Below, in pieces: positions 13,701-26,250 of a DNA stretch of 64,000 nucleotides (its first letter is position 1; every line of letters begins with the position of its first letter). Below the pieces are notes generated by a model. It was not told where the DNA came from, made no database searches, and saw only the letters and a list, made by a program, of their open reading frames with translations. Source of the stretch: Saccostrea echinata (lineage: Eukaryota). Both the position numbers and the translations under genes were made by a program. The stretch is taken from the NCBI RefSeq assembly GCF_033153115.1, contig NW_026889803.1:26970001-27034000 (forward strand), in the 5' to 3' direction.

Positions 13701-16198
13701 TCTGTTCCTAAAAAGGGGGGGGGGGGTATTAACAAATCGATTTGTTTCAAAATATGTATAAACAAATTAAAATTTGCTTCTTTCATAAATTTAAACAATT
13801 GGAAATGATAGTAAACACCGAGTTCAAAACAAAGTAAAGATCTATGAGAATTTTCACTTACCAATAGGCTTCACATATTGGGTACAGCCCACTAATTGTT
13901 TTCCCATAGGCGGCAATGTTAACATTTCTTCACATAGCAATGTCCCTAATTTTCGTTCAGCATTGAGTGACCCCTCAAATCAAAGCACATCAAGTTGTCT
14001 TTCCTTGGTTAAAATCTCGAGGTGGCATGTCAGATTCGTTTTCCGGCAAAATGCGTCTGTCTGCGTTAACCTCTGAAAATGAAAGTGAAAGTAGGGGATT
14101 TCAAGACTTCTCACTGGTGTTATAATACATAAAATAATTCTGCTGATCTTCTTGATAAATTACATCTGCCAAGCTTTTTTGCAAGGGAACATACTCCTTA
14201 TCATCAAGTATGAGGCTCAGTTTAATACCTTATCACAGTTTTTTTTACTCAGGTCTGCAAATTAAAAAACTTGTAATTTTTTCTGCACTACTTTCTTCTC
14301 CTACCGATTCTAAAAATAATTAGAGGTATGTACCCAATATGAAAAGAATTTTCTGGATTTTACAACATTTAACATCATAAGTCATACTACAAACTATGTA
14401 GTGACATTATGCCAAACTTCAGGAAAATTCAGTCATTAATAAAGATTTTACAGCATGCACAGTTCTATATGCAAAATTCTTTTAAAATGCTTCCATCTAG
14501 CCACAACTGCACCCAAATTTTAAGTCATCGGTTAGCCTATTAATGTACTTATACCATTTTAATTCTCTTTCATAATTTTAAATACATCAAGCAAAATCAT
14601 AATCAAGCACTCATACGGGTCCATTTCTCTTATTTTAAAAAATCAATGCATTTTTGCACAAAATTTTATATCCCTCACCCTTGAATTCATTGTTTCTCCA
14701 TGATTGACAAAAAAATTAAGTTTACAAATACCCCGAAAGTAGTAAAAATAGAAAGTACTGATTATTTCCTGTCCATTGATGCATCATTCAGGAAAATTGG
14801 TATAGGAATAAAGAAGTTATAAGCCCTTATATTCTTGTAAACATTCATCTGTTTCAAAGCAATTTTTACGCCAATGCAAGGTCACTCATCTATGACGCCA
14901 TAATGACATCATAATAATGGATTGCTTATTACACATGTAGTGTTACTTTTCCCATACTTTTAATTAAAGTTGAAATTAGAACTAAAATATTCATTATAAC
15001 TATAAAATAACAAAAATACTTGCATGAGCAGATCAAATAAATAGTCTACAGAAAATGTTTTGTTTCCATGGTAACCATTTTGTAATTTGTAGGAAAATGA
15101 AAGAGAACTTTGAAAGTTTTGAATTTCCTTACAAGTCGCTCATTCTGACTGACAAATATTAAAGAAATTTCAACTCTTATATTTTTTAATCTTAATATTT
15201 TATCATACACAACACTATGAATGTAACTATTTTGAAATTCTCTTTAAAACATATTAGCTGTAAAATATATAGCATACATGTACAGATTAGTTTGATGTTC
15301 ACTTTCATTGCTCAAATATTCATTTAAAATCTACATTTACTAAGCTTTAACACCCCCCCCCCCCTCCTCCCGCACACACACACACATACACACAAAGAAG
15401 CTTTAGAAAATTCAACTTACATATTAAAAGTACTGCCATCATTTTATATATGAAGACTCAAGCTGTGTTCAAATGAGTTTGTTTTTCCTGACTGATAGTT
15501 TTAAACACCATCTGCATGAACCTCAAAGTTAACCTGTATCACCATGAACCTAAAAAAAAATCAATTTAAAAAATGGTGCAATAATTAATCAGCATCAAAA
15601 AGCACCTAAAACATTCACAGACAGACATCAAACACACACAATCCTACAACATTCCCTGATGCCCTTAATTGGTTGATATCAATTGAAAATTATGAATTTG
15701 CACTGATTAGTCTCAGCATTGTTAAATTACATGTAAATTAATAATACAGGTAAAAAGCATGTAACTGACAATAATTATACATTAGACAAATACATGTAAT
15801 CCAGTTAATAAAATATAAAAAAAAATGTTAGTGTGCATGTTCACACACACACTGCTTAACTTCTACACAACTGTAGCCTGACCGACTTCTTTGAAAAAAT
15901 GCACATGTATGTCCTCGTTCATGTAATTCTATTCCATGAAAATAAAAGTTTTCATTTACAAATATTGTAATAAAGCATGGAAACCTCTTTTTTTCTTTAC
16001 CTCTTTCATAAAATGACAAATGCATATCACCTACATACTACACTTAATGGTTCCGGTTATGGATGCATGGTTGGTGAAAAACTAGCCAGCGTTGTTTGTC
16101 CCTTTCTGTGGAATGAATGTAGATTGGTATAAAGGTATTTAATAATACAGAGATTCTACCTTGCGTACAAATTTACATACAGTAGATTGAAGTTCAAT

Positions 16199-18219
16199 AT
16201 GGGTGAAAGTGTTAAATCTATAAACATTAACGATATCGAGGACAGAGATGGCGCCAAAATCAAAATGGCGGGGGTGAGAAGTTTACCTTTTAAAGTTAAT
16301 CTAGATGAGGTGGACTTGTCTGTGAGAAGTATATACAAGGAATACCCACAACAGTGCTTACCTGACAATTTTAAAAATCCATCAGGACCTAAAGCAAAGA
16401 AACTTGAATATGAAAAGATAGACACTTCGTTATATGAACCGTCAGCGCACATGGTGGCGTTTCGGATTACGAGGGAGAGATTGGAAGCATGGATAAGAGC
16501 TCTGGGTGTATTGTATTATGAACATTATGGAAAGATGGAAGGATCATACTTAGTAGACTGGTATGACGAACCAAATGAATGGCTTGACGAAGGTAACAAA
16601 TCAATCTGCATTGGATTGTTGAAAGAACCACATTTACTGTACAAAGTTACTTTGTTTGTTAACACAGGAGTAATCCAAGCACAAGGGTTACAACACGAGA
16701 TCTTTGCATGCAATGATTTCCCAATGCTTCTTTCCCTGGTCAATGCTATTTGCGACTATGAAAGATCTACTAGAGCTGTTCACAATGAGGTAGCTGACAA
16801 TGTGTTTGAGGACACTGATGATGAAACCTAATATTAAAAACAACAAACGAAGCTATGTCAAAGGACCAAATGGAAGAAACAGGTTTGTCATCCTCAGATA
16901 ATACTGAAACTCCCCAAGTTACATACAAGGATTTCGAAAAATTACAGGAAATTTTTGTTGAATCGTTGTCCAAGTTGACTGAAACACAAACAACACTAGT
17001 ATCGAGGGTGGAGAAAAGTCTGTCTGATTCATTACAGAAAGTGACCAGAACTGTAAACAATTTGCAGACCCAGTTCAATACAATGAAATCTTTGAAGGAT
17101 AAGCAGACCAATGACACAAACTCAGATAAACTTCAGTCTCATATAGCTGATATTGAAAAACAATTATATCAGACACGCACAGATAAATACAACTTAACAG
17201 TAGAAAATGCGAGATTGGAATCCCTGCTGAAAGCAGAAAAAGCAAGAAACAACACCATGGATGAGACATTGAGAAGAGAAGTCAAGAATTTGAAACATGA
17301 AAATGAACACTTGTCTGAAAAACTTAACACAAAAAATGAGGAAAATGATCAACTCATGGATGAAAATAAATCACTGAGAAAAAATGTTGATAACCAGTTC
17401 AATGAAATTTTGTCCCTTAAATCTCAGCTCTCTAGCATGTTCATGAGTGGTGGAAAGGACACTGAAACCAGCAGGGCAAAAGAGATGACAGACCTGGTAG
17501 TCAGTGCTGGGAAGAATAAAAAACCAATGGCCCTGTTAATAGGTACTTCTAACGTGAATGGCATAAAAGAGGATAAACTTACATCAGACGTAAACGTTAC
17601 TAAAGTAACAGCTTTTACTCTGGATGAAACAAAGAATGTTATCATTAACTCTTCGTGCATACCTGATGTAGTAGTTCTTCATTCTCTAACAAATGATGTT
17701 AGAAATATTAGTCCTGAAAAATGTGCCGAGAAACTACAAGGGGTGGTTGAGGTTATTAAACAGAAGTGGAAGGACGTTCACACCATCATATCTCTAACCA
17801 CACCAAGAGAAGACAACTCCTTGCACAAGGTAAACTGTGAGATCCTGGATGGGATAATAAAGAGAGACTACATGGAGTATCCTGGAGTTTATATTTCTGA
17901 CAACGAAAACATGTGGCATGGACATCTACCTACAATCGAACTACTGAATCCCAATGACAAATTTCACTTGTCTCCGAAGGGAACATCCATATTAGCGTCC
18001 AACATGAAGAGAGCAATGCACACCGTATTAAAAATCGGCAACAACTCCAAGGGATATACAAATAAGTATCGAAATAGGTCGAACTACAACAACCAGGAAA
18101 AGTATTTCCAGGCGAATAACCGTAACAATTACTATAGGAGCAGTTTAAGCTGGAATCATCAGTACCGGAACGATAATTATAACCGCCAACTTAGAAAAAG
18201 TCCGAACTATTTTCGTTGA
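16199..18219 (+). CDS. LINE ORF1: N-terminal domain + coiled coil + SGNH/GDSL esterase-like domain, split by a 1-nt frameshift at ~16824-16826
   Basis: Adding one A to gatgaaaccta fuses ORFs 16187-16831 and 16855-18219 (…DDENLILKTTNEAMSK…). Esterase blocks ALLIGTSN, HSLTND, DKFHLSPKG. Confidence 0.8.
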
Positions 18220-18368
18220 GCATGGAAAGGGCCATCAACACAAGGGTGGTTAATTGTAATTCAAGTTGTTCTGTAGATCTGAAACTGGTGAACCTTAAAA
18301 TTATAACTTAGTTAATTTTCTTTATTTGTATAAATTTTATCACAGTAGAATACAGTTAAGGGTCCAAA

Positions 18369-21300
18369 ATGGACAAGTATATGTATAAAAATAGCATAAA
18401 AATTTGTTATTGGAATGTTGGAGGAATTTTTACACAGGGTGAGAATAAACTAAATGACAAATTATTTTTGAAGGAGGTGAAAAACTATGATATTATTATA
18501 TTAAGTGAAACACATGTTGGGTATAATACCAATCTTTTTATTGATGGTTTTACATACTTCCCTGTATGTAGGGACATGTCTGCAAATGGAAGATTTTATG
18601 GGGGAATTGGCATTTTTCGTAAAAATTGTATTAAGGAACATATTAAGTTATTACCAGGTACCCAGAAAGATTTTCAGTGGATTAAGATAGAAAAAAGGTT
18701 TTTTAATCTTCAAAATGATATTTATCTTTGTGCATGTTACATTCCACCTTCGAATTCAACTTACTTTCAAAAGTTAAATTATGATGTTATTGAAATTATT
18801 GAGAAAGATGTTAATAAGTTTAAGTATAAGGGGGAAATTATGATTTGTGGGGATATGAATGCACGCACTGCTTCATCAGATGATTTTATAGAACATGATG
18901 ATGTAAGGTACCTTCCTCTTTGTAAAACATATAAGATTGATGATAATTTTTGTAAACGTAGTAATCGTGATGTCATTTTAAATGAAAGAGGTAAAGAATT
19001 GATTGATTTTTGTATTAGTAATCAGTTGAGAATTATTAATGGTAGATGTATGGGGGATATTTTTGGTGATTACACATGTTTTAACACACATGGTCAAAGC
19101 ACAGTTGACTACCTTGTTGCAAGTGAACACTTAGTTAAACAAATTCTATATTTTAGGGTATCAAATTTTATCCCAACTCTTTCTGATTGTCACTGTAAAA
19201 TATCATGGGAAGTTTTAGCAAAATTTAAGGAAATTAATTCAAATGCTACTAATGCCAGAACCTTGCATCCCGCCCCTCAAAATTTTAAATGGAATGAAGA
19301 TTCCCCTATTAAATTTCAGATGGCTCTAAGTTCAGATAGGATACAAGAAAAAATCAAGTCTTTTTTAGATTCTTTTATTACAGAATCTACTTCTACTGAT
19401 ATCGAGAAAAAGGCAGAAGAATTCAATGACATTATCATAACTGCTGCTAACATGTCATTAAATAAGCCAGGTCATAAAAGTAAGAATATTAAAAAGCATA
19501 AAAATAAAAAATGGTTTGATTCAGACTTGCAAACAATGCGCCGTAGATTGATTGCGCATGGAAGAATTTATAGCATATTTCCAAAGGATCCAGTTGTTAA
19601 GAATCATTACTACAGACTTCTTAGAGAGTACAATAAATTAAGAAAATTTAAGCGTAAAAATTTCCAAAACTCCATTCTAAATCAACTTGATGCACTTCAA
19701 AATAAACAACCAAAACAATATTGGAAATTAATTAATGACCTAAAAGATAATAATAAAGACAATTCTGCTGCAAACATAGATTCTGAAACGTGGGTAAATC
19801 ATTTTCGCAACCTTCATTCTGTTTGTGATAACTCTTTTAAATCAAGGATACAAGAGCTAGATTCAATTTTGGCTGACATGGAGGAAAATCCATCCTTTAA
19901 TGAACTGGATTTCAAGATTTCACATAAGGAAATTGTAGATGCAATAGCAAATTTAAAATATGGAAAAGCCAAGGGGCTTGATTTGATATCTAATGAAATG
20001 TTAAAACATAGTCAGTCCTATTTACTCTCCTGTATACATAAGCTCTTTAATAGTTGTTTCACATATGGTATTTATCCTCAAACTTGGAGTAACGGGTACA
20101 TAAGTCCAATTTTTAAGTCTGAGGATCCAAACAACCCTGCAAATTATAGGGGTATTACAATTACCAGCACACTTGGCAAGTTATTCAACAGCATTCTGAA
20201 CTCTAGATTAGATAAATTTCTTAAAGAACATAATCTAATTCACCAATCTCAAATGGGTTTTACCAAAGATGCAAGAACATCTGATCATCTATTTGTGCTA
20301 AGATGTTTAATTGATAAATACTGTAGCTTAAAAGAAGGAAGACTATATGCTTGTTTTATTGACTTTCATAAAGCTTTTGACAGTGTTATCCACACAGGAT
20401 TAAAGCTCAAATTACTTCACATGAATGTTGGATCTAAATTTTATAATATTATAAGTAATATATATAAGAATAGTCAGGCATGTGTGAAAATTGGAAGGTT
20501 CTTCTCGGATCCATTTCCAATAGCTATAGGTGTCCGTCAAGGGGATAACTTGAGCCCTTCTTTATTTAAAATATTTATAAATGATTTTCCATCATATTTA
20601 GATTCATGTATTGATGAAGTATCACTTCAGACAAAAACTGTTAACTGTTTAATGTATGCAGATGACATTGTTATTTTATCAGCATCAGCTCAAGGTATAC
20701 AAGCAAGACTTTCTAAACTTGAAAAGTATTGCTCTGATTGGTGTTTAAAGGTAAACATTCAAAAAACTAAAGTCATGATCTTTAATAAAGCTGGTCGTAA
20801 TTTCACGCAAAAACTAATGTTTCAAAATAATAGGATAGACTGTGTATCTAGGTACAAATATCTTGGAGTTCACCTAACTGCATCTGGAAGTTTTCATGTA
20901 GCAAGATCAGAGCTTTATAAAAAGGCGTTAAAAGCATATTATAAACTGAGAAATGATTTTATTAATTTGAATCCTGGGATTAAAACGAGTATACATGTAT
21001 TTGACTCTACTATTAAACCAATTCTTTTGTATAATGCAGAGGTGTGGGGTGCAAGTAATATCAATACTAAAAGATTCCTAAAATGCCAAAAGTTAGAAGT
21101 TGAAGACTGTTTCAGAAATCTACTTTGTGAAAGAATACACCTTAAATTCTGTAAATATATTCTTGGTGTTCATAAGAAAAGTACAAATTTTGCAGTATTG
21201 TCTGAATTGGGAAGGTTCCCCCTGCATTATGATATTGTCAAATTGTTAATCAAAAGTTGGTATAGATTTGAAAATTTGTCCACAGAATTTCCTTTACTTA

Positions 21301-21897
21301 AAGATGCATATGAATGTAGTAAAAATCTTTATGTACATGGAAAGAACTCATGGTTCGCATTTGTACAGAAATTAAGAAATATACTGAATATCAAAGATGA
21401 AGTAATTTGTTATGGGAAGCATAAATTTAAGTCACTCTGTCATAAAACCATATTAGATTATTATATAAAAAATTGGTATACAAGTCAACAAAGTTATACT
21501 GATGGTAAATTAAGCACATATGTAAAACTCAAACAAAATTGGGGTTATGAGAATTATTTATCAGTAGTTAAAAATTTTCATCACAGAAAATCTCTATGTA
21601 AATTAAGAATTTCTTGTCACAGATTGCAAATTGAAGTGGGAAGATTTACCAACATCCCTCGTGAAGATCGATTATGCAATAGATGTAACTCTAACAGTGT
21701 AGATGATGAAACTCATTTTCTCATAACATGTAAAAAAATATGATCATCAAAGAAAAGAAATTTTTCAATCAATTAAAAGTAAATTTCCCAATTTCTCGGC
21801 ATTAGATGATGAACAAAAACTTTTTTGGTTACTCAATACTGAAGACAAAGAAACTCTTAATTCTGTGGGCAAATTCATAAATGATAACATGTTGTAG
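18369..21897 (+). CDS. LINE ORF2: APE endonuclease + reverse transcriptase + C-terminal CCHC; extra A in the run at 21732-21738 truncates it at 21743, reconstructed stop 21897
   Basis: APE motifs WNVGG, LSETH, GDMNA, VDY, SDCH; RT motifs NYRGIT, FIDFHKAFDSV, GVRQGDNLSP, YADD, YKYLG; CNRC...H...C knuckle. Shifted frame continues YDHQRKEIF...KFINDNML*. Confidence 0.93.
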
Positions 21898-23776
21898 TAG
21901 TCATACAGTTTTATATATAGTATTCCCTTTAACTGAAATAGTACAATATTATTGTTGAAATGAGTAATGTCATTTACAAGTTGTTATACTATCCATTGGC
22001 ATATCTTTTCTTTATTATTGTAATAATTTCATACTTGTCTGTTATGGGCTCTAAATTAGAAAATAAATGTTCTGTTCTGTTCTGTACTGCAAGACTCTGC
22101 ATTAGGTAGCATAGCTGCACTAAGCAGTGTTGATAACTTACTGCCATTCTACTTTCACTTTGACCTTGAACTTCACTGAATACTGATTCCGACCTCATTT
22201 CTGAACTTTTGTGTATTGATGATAAACAATAGTGGTGGATGTACTTCTAAAATAATTGTTCCTTTTCTAAATATCTATTAATGGCTCAAAATTAATAAAT
22301 TGTATAGAATCGATACATTTAATTTACATGCTACATGTGTACACAATGGGAGATATGCATATATGCGCATAAGCTGTCTGTTCCTAAAAAGGGGGGGGGG
22401 GTATTAACAAATCGATTTGTTTCAAAATATGTATAAACAAATTAAAATTTGCTTCTTTCATAAATTTAAACAATTGGAAATGATAGTAAACACCGAGTTC
22501 AAAACAAAGTAAAGATCTATGAGAATTTTCACTTACCAATAGGCTTCACATATTGGGTACAGCCCACTAATTGTTTTCCCATAGGCGGCAATGTTAACAT
22601 TTCTTCACATAGCAATGTCCCTAATTTTCGTTCAGCATTGAGTGACCCCTCAAATCAAAGCACATCAAGTTGTCTTTCCTTGGTTAAAATCTCGAGGTGG
22701 CATGTCAGATTCGTTTTCCGGCAAAATGCGTCTGTCTGCGTTAACCTCTGAAAATGAAAGTGAAAGTAGGGGATTTCAAGACTTCTCACTGGTGTTATAA
22801 TACATAAAATAATTCTGCTGATCTTCTTGATAAATTACATCTGCCAAGCTTTTTTGCAAGGGAACATACTCCTTATCAACAAGTATGAGGCTCAGTTTAA
22901 TACCTTATCACAGTTTTTTTTTACTCAGGTCTGCAAATTAAAAAACTTGTAATTTTTTCTGCACTACTTTCTTCTCCTACCGATTCTAAAAATAATTAGA
23001 GGTATGTACCCACATTGTAATAATTTTATTCTGAAGAAGTCTAAAACTGGGACAGACACCCCTGATGAGACGTTCCACAGTTCCATTTTCTATACAGAGA
23101 AAGATGAATATGCATATCATTATGTAATAGAATACAATTGTTCAACAATTTGTAGCAATGCTATTAAATCCTAATATAAACGTGTAGAGTGGAAAATCAA
23201 ACTAATACAAATATATTTGGTTTAACTGACAATTTAGCATTATTTGACATAAGAACATATGAATATATTTCTCCAAACCGACCGGCGTGGATATGTGTTG
23301 TGAACCAATAACTGTAGTAATTTAAATGAACTAGGTGATTTATAATAATACTAATTTATGTTTTTTTTTTCTTAAATTCAAATATTTAGGACACTGAAGA
23401 ATGAAGTGAAATTACATCACGTGCTCAGTTTATGCTAGAACCCGACCAATTTTCTCGATCTGCATCAGATCACATCGTAAGAAGATTTTTTTCAAAATGC
23501 AATTTTTAGTTTTTAATAGTTTACACCAAAATTACATCATTTTCATTTTTCTTTGTATAAGAATCCTGTAATTGCAAACATTGTTCCAAACTCCAAGAAT
23601 ATTTTTACAAAAGAATAAATGTAACCATTCAATTTCAAGTGATTCATGAAAACCCAAAATTTCACTTCTACCGTATAAGATTTTACATTTCTATAAGAAA
23701 TAACACTTCCAACATAAACAGATTATCAGAGTTGACACGTCTCTGTTGAATTCAAACTTTTGTATCAGCGACATAG

Positions 23777-24097
23777 CACCGTTTTTAAAAGGGAGGCAGC
23801 CAGAGAAAAAATATTCCAACTCACCTGAACAAAACTTGACAAGCAAAAAAAAAAGGAAAATTGTCCAAACTCGAAAATCCTATTTCGTAGTGGGGGTGGG
23901 AGGGGGGGGGTCCAACTTCTTTCAGTACCAAATTTTATTCATGCACTGCTACATTACCCTTATTTGACTATATACTGCAACAAAAGGGGGGGGGGCAACC
24001 ATCCATTCAATGAACATTTTCAGTAGTAAAAATTCATGTTTGGAAAAAAGGGGGGGGGGGGCAGGCCCCCTTGCCCTCCCCTGTTGCTACGTGCCTG
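23777..24097. mobile_element. Degenerate MITE with G-tracts (hAT-like end)
   Basis: Ends gcaggcccccttgccctcccctgttgctacgtgcctg; poly-G interior; other end eroded. Confidence 0.4.
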
Positions 24098-24129
24098 TGT
24101 ATATTACGGTTCAAACCATGCAGATAGTG

Positions 24130-26250
24130 CTTGCTGGCATTTCTATTGAGTAGCATTACTGTTAAAATTCAAGCATAATCCAAATTAATTGAAAGAGTCT
24201 ACAAGATTTCTTTGTCGTAAGTCCATGTATTTGTACCTTCCGTCTCTCTTTTTCTGAATGCTAAAATTTTGGATTCTGCAGTGTTGACAGTCAAATTTCA
24301 AGAAGAAACATATCCATGTAAAGCGTAAAGCATATATATATTCTGTCGCTCCTTTAGCGTGTAAGTAATGGATATATGCCGAATACTGTTCTATATGTAA
24401 AATTATCAGACTGTTTGAGGCCCGTTAGGGCCGAAAACAGTCTGATAATTTTACATATAGAATTGTATGAGGCGTATATCTTACTTAAAACATTGCTATT
24501 TAAATGTCCAAAAGTTACCTGGAGGAGTCCGATAATTACACAATAGGAGTTCAGGCATCAATAGTTTTCTACCTGAAACCATCTAATAAGTAGACAAAAG
24601 AAAAGAGAAAGTTTTTTTTTCTTTAGACAGTAAAATCAGTGAGTGAACTCTTTTGTTTCATTCATTCATTCAATGGCAGTCGTTTGGCTTAGCAGGAACT
24701 ATGGACAGTGGTCAGGTGATGAAGGATTTTTTTTATGATTCGGAATAATTTTTTTCATTAAGTGCGTTTGAGATTGATACAGATAAAGTGTTGGATAATA
24801 TCTTCAAAATGCATTTGAAGTAAAAATGCGGATTTTTATCTAAAATTTCAATTGGATGACATAATGAAAATCTTGGATTTCAAAAGTGAGGTCATTGACG
24901 AACAAATTTCGTTAAATGAAGAGATTCGCAGACTGGTTCTTTATCAGAAATGGATTTAAATTGGCTTATTCACGGTGCTGTATCGAAAACGCTTTGCAAA
25001 AACCGATTAGAAAGTGTTAGTTTTGAGGAAGGTTAAAACTCCAGCTTCTTCTTGGATTTGCTATTTTTAACAACATAATTTCCTCACGTTCGCTTTCCCG
25101 GAATTTTTCTCCCTAAATTAATTTTTGGTTTCTGGACAAATTAAACCTTGATTTCACTCTAGTTGTTGTTTTTTACTGTCCGATTTTGTTATCACTGCCG
25201 TCCGATAATATATTATTGGACTGTTAATTATTATTATCGGACGGCTACAGGTAAATTTTTAGACTGCAAGAACAAAGGCATGACGTCACAGCAATGTTTT
25301 AAGTGAATATTACGATGCATCAAGACAAACATATTCAGTTCCGTTTATTCTACGGATGGACAATTATGTTTGATGAAATGATTTTTCAAGTCGTTGACAT
25401 ACATATTGATTAGTATAGGTGATAGTGCTTCCCCTGTAATAGCCCAGTGTTTACAGGAAACTCCTAGGATATATAACTTGCATTCTTGACAAAGACACGT
25501 TCACCAATGTAGAGCGATCCAGTTATCAGTTTAGACCATAATTTTTTTTTCTGTTAATTTTATCAAACGTTTTCTATATTCCATAAACAGCAATGTAAAC
25601 CTGTTTCGTATATGGGTTCACCCCCCTTCTTTTTCTTTCCACAGAAAAAGAAGGGATGGCCGCATATACGAAACAACAGCCTGTGAAAACATTGTCTGCT
25701 ATTTAACTTTTGTGATATTAAATTTTGAAGCGCAAACATTGCATCTGTAGTGGAGAAGCCATGCATCCTGAAATCCAAATTGTGCGTTAGTGATAATATC
25801 TTCATTGAAGTTCCATCATTTTTCGTTTAGAATTGATTTGAATAGCTTTCCTAGAGTACCTGTGATGCTGATACCTCTGTAGTTTCCGGGATCATTAGTC
25901 TTTCCTTTTTGTGTATTGGAATGATAACTGCTTTTAACCATGATGATGGAAATACTAGTATACCAGAATTTTTAAAAATGTTGAAAAGAAACACTAAAAT
26001 TGGGAGAATTATGTCGCAGAAAAGAGAAATATTCATCGATTTATTTGTCGTTTCCTGCAGGTTTTATACAAGATTCTTCTTTTGGAGTGATTTCCGTTTC
26101 CAAAAGTTCAGATACAGGACTTTTAGTATCCTTAAAATAAACGATAGAAACATACAAGGATGTTGAACTTTTGATGCTGAAATGTTTAAAACTAACTAAA
26201 AAGTAGCTTTGAAGAATTTCTCCAAACAAAACAGAGTACCTCATTATATG
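24130..26250 (-). pseudogene. Old degenerate LINE RT fragment, interrupted by the 943-bp element at 24365-25307
   Basis: Minus-strand remnants WLKAVIIPIHKK, GFSTTDAMFALQNLI, GLLQGEALSPILINMYVNDL, then on the far side of the insertion LTVNTAESKILAFRK. Confidence 0.75.
24365..25307 (+). mobile_element. 943-bp non-autonomous hairpin-ended DNA element (Crypton/Helentron-like architecture), copy 1
   Basis: ~120-nt terminal hairpin 24365-24484; 15-bp subterminal inverted pair acttaaaacattgct/agcaatgttttaagt; no clear TSD (AA/TT site); inverted copy at 29240-30182. Confidence 0.8.

Larger units (their letters stand above)
16040..22084 (+). mobile_element. Full-length non-LTR retrotransposon (RTEX/CR1-L2-group-like LINE)
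   Basis: ORF1 + APE-RT ORF2; 3' AATAAA followed by a (TGTTC)n tail. The uninterrupted repeat copy (cacctacatactgcaagact, ~13401-13420) gives the empty site and shows TACT duplicated at 16036-16039 and 22085-22088. Confidence 0.93.
11255..23011. mobile_element. Non-coding tandem element R-I-R-I-R: R = 456/457-bp direct repeats (11255-11710, 13880-14335, 22555-23011), I = ~2.17-kb internal segment (second copy interrupted by a LINE)
   Basis: Period 2625-2627 bp; differences I could see between copies are one SNP and homopolymer lengths. R termini GGGTACA...TGTACCC; whole array flanked by ACAT (11251-11254, 23012-23015). Confidence 0.85.

Noticed and set aside
13863-14072. Minus-strand coding exon across the R/I junction (ttttcag acceptor, gtaagt donor)
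   Set aside because: All three frames contain stops; at most a non-coding exon.
16820-16831. Programmed -1 frameshift in ORF1
   Set aside because: No X XXY YYZ slippery heptamer; a 1-nt indel or sequencing error in an A-run is simpler.
11255-23011. Canonical LTR retrotransposon whose pol gene is the RT ORF
   Set aside because: The RT is an APE-type non-LTR enzyme in a separate insertion with its own junctions; no PBS, PPT, gag or integrase.
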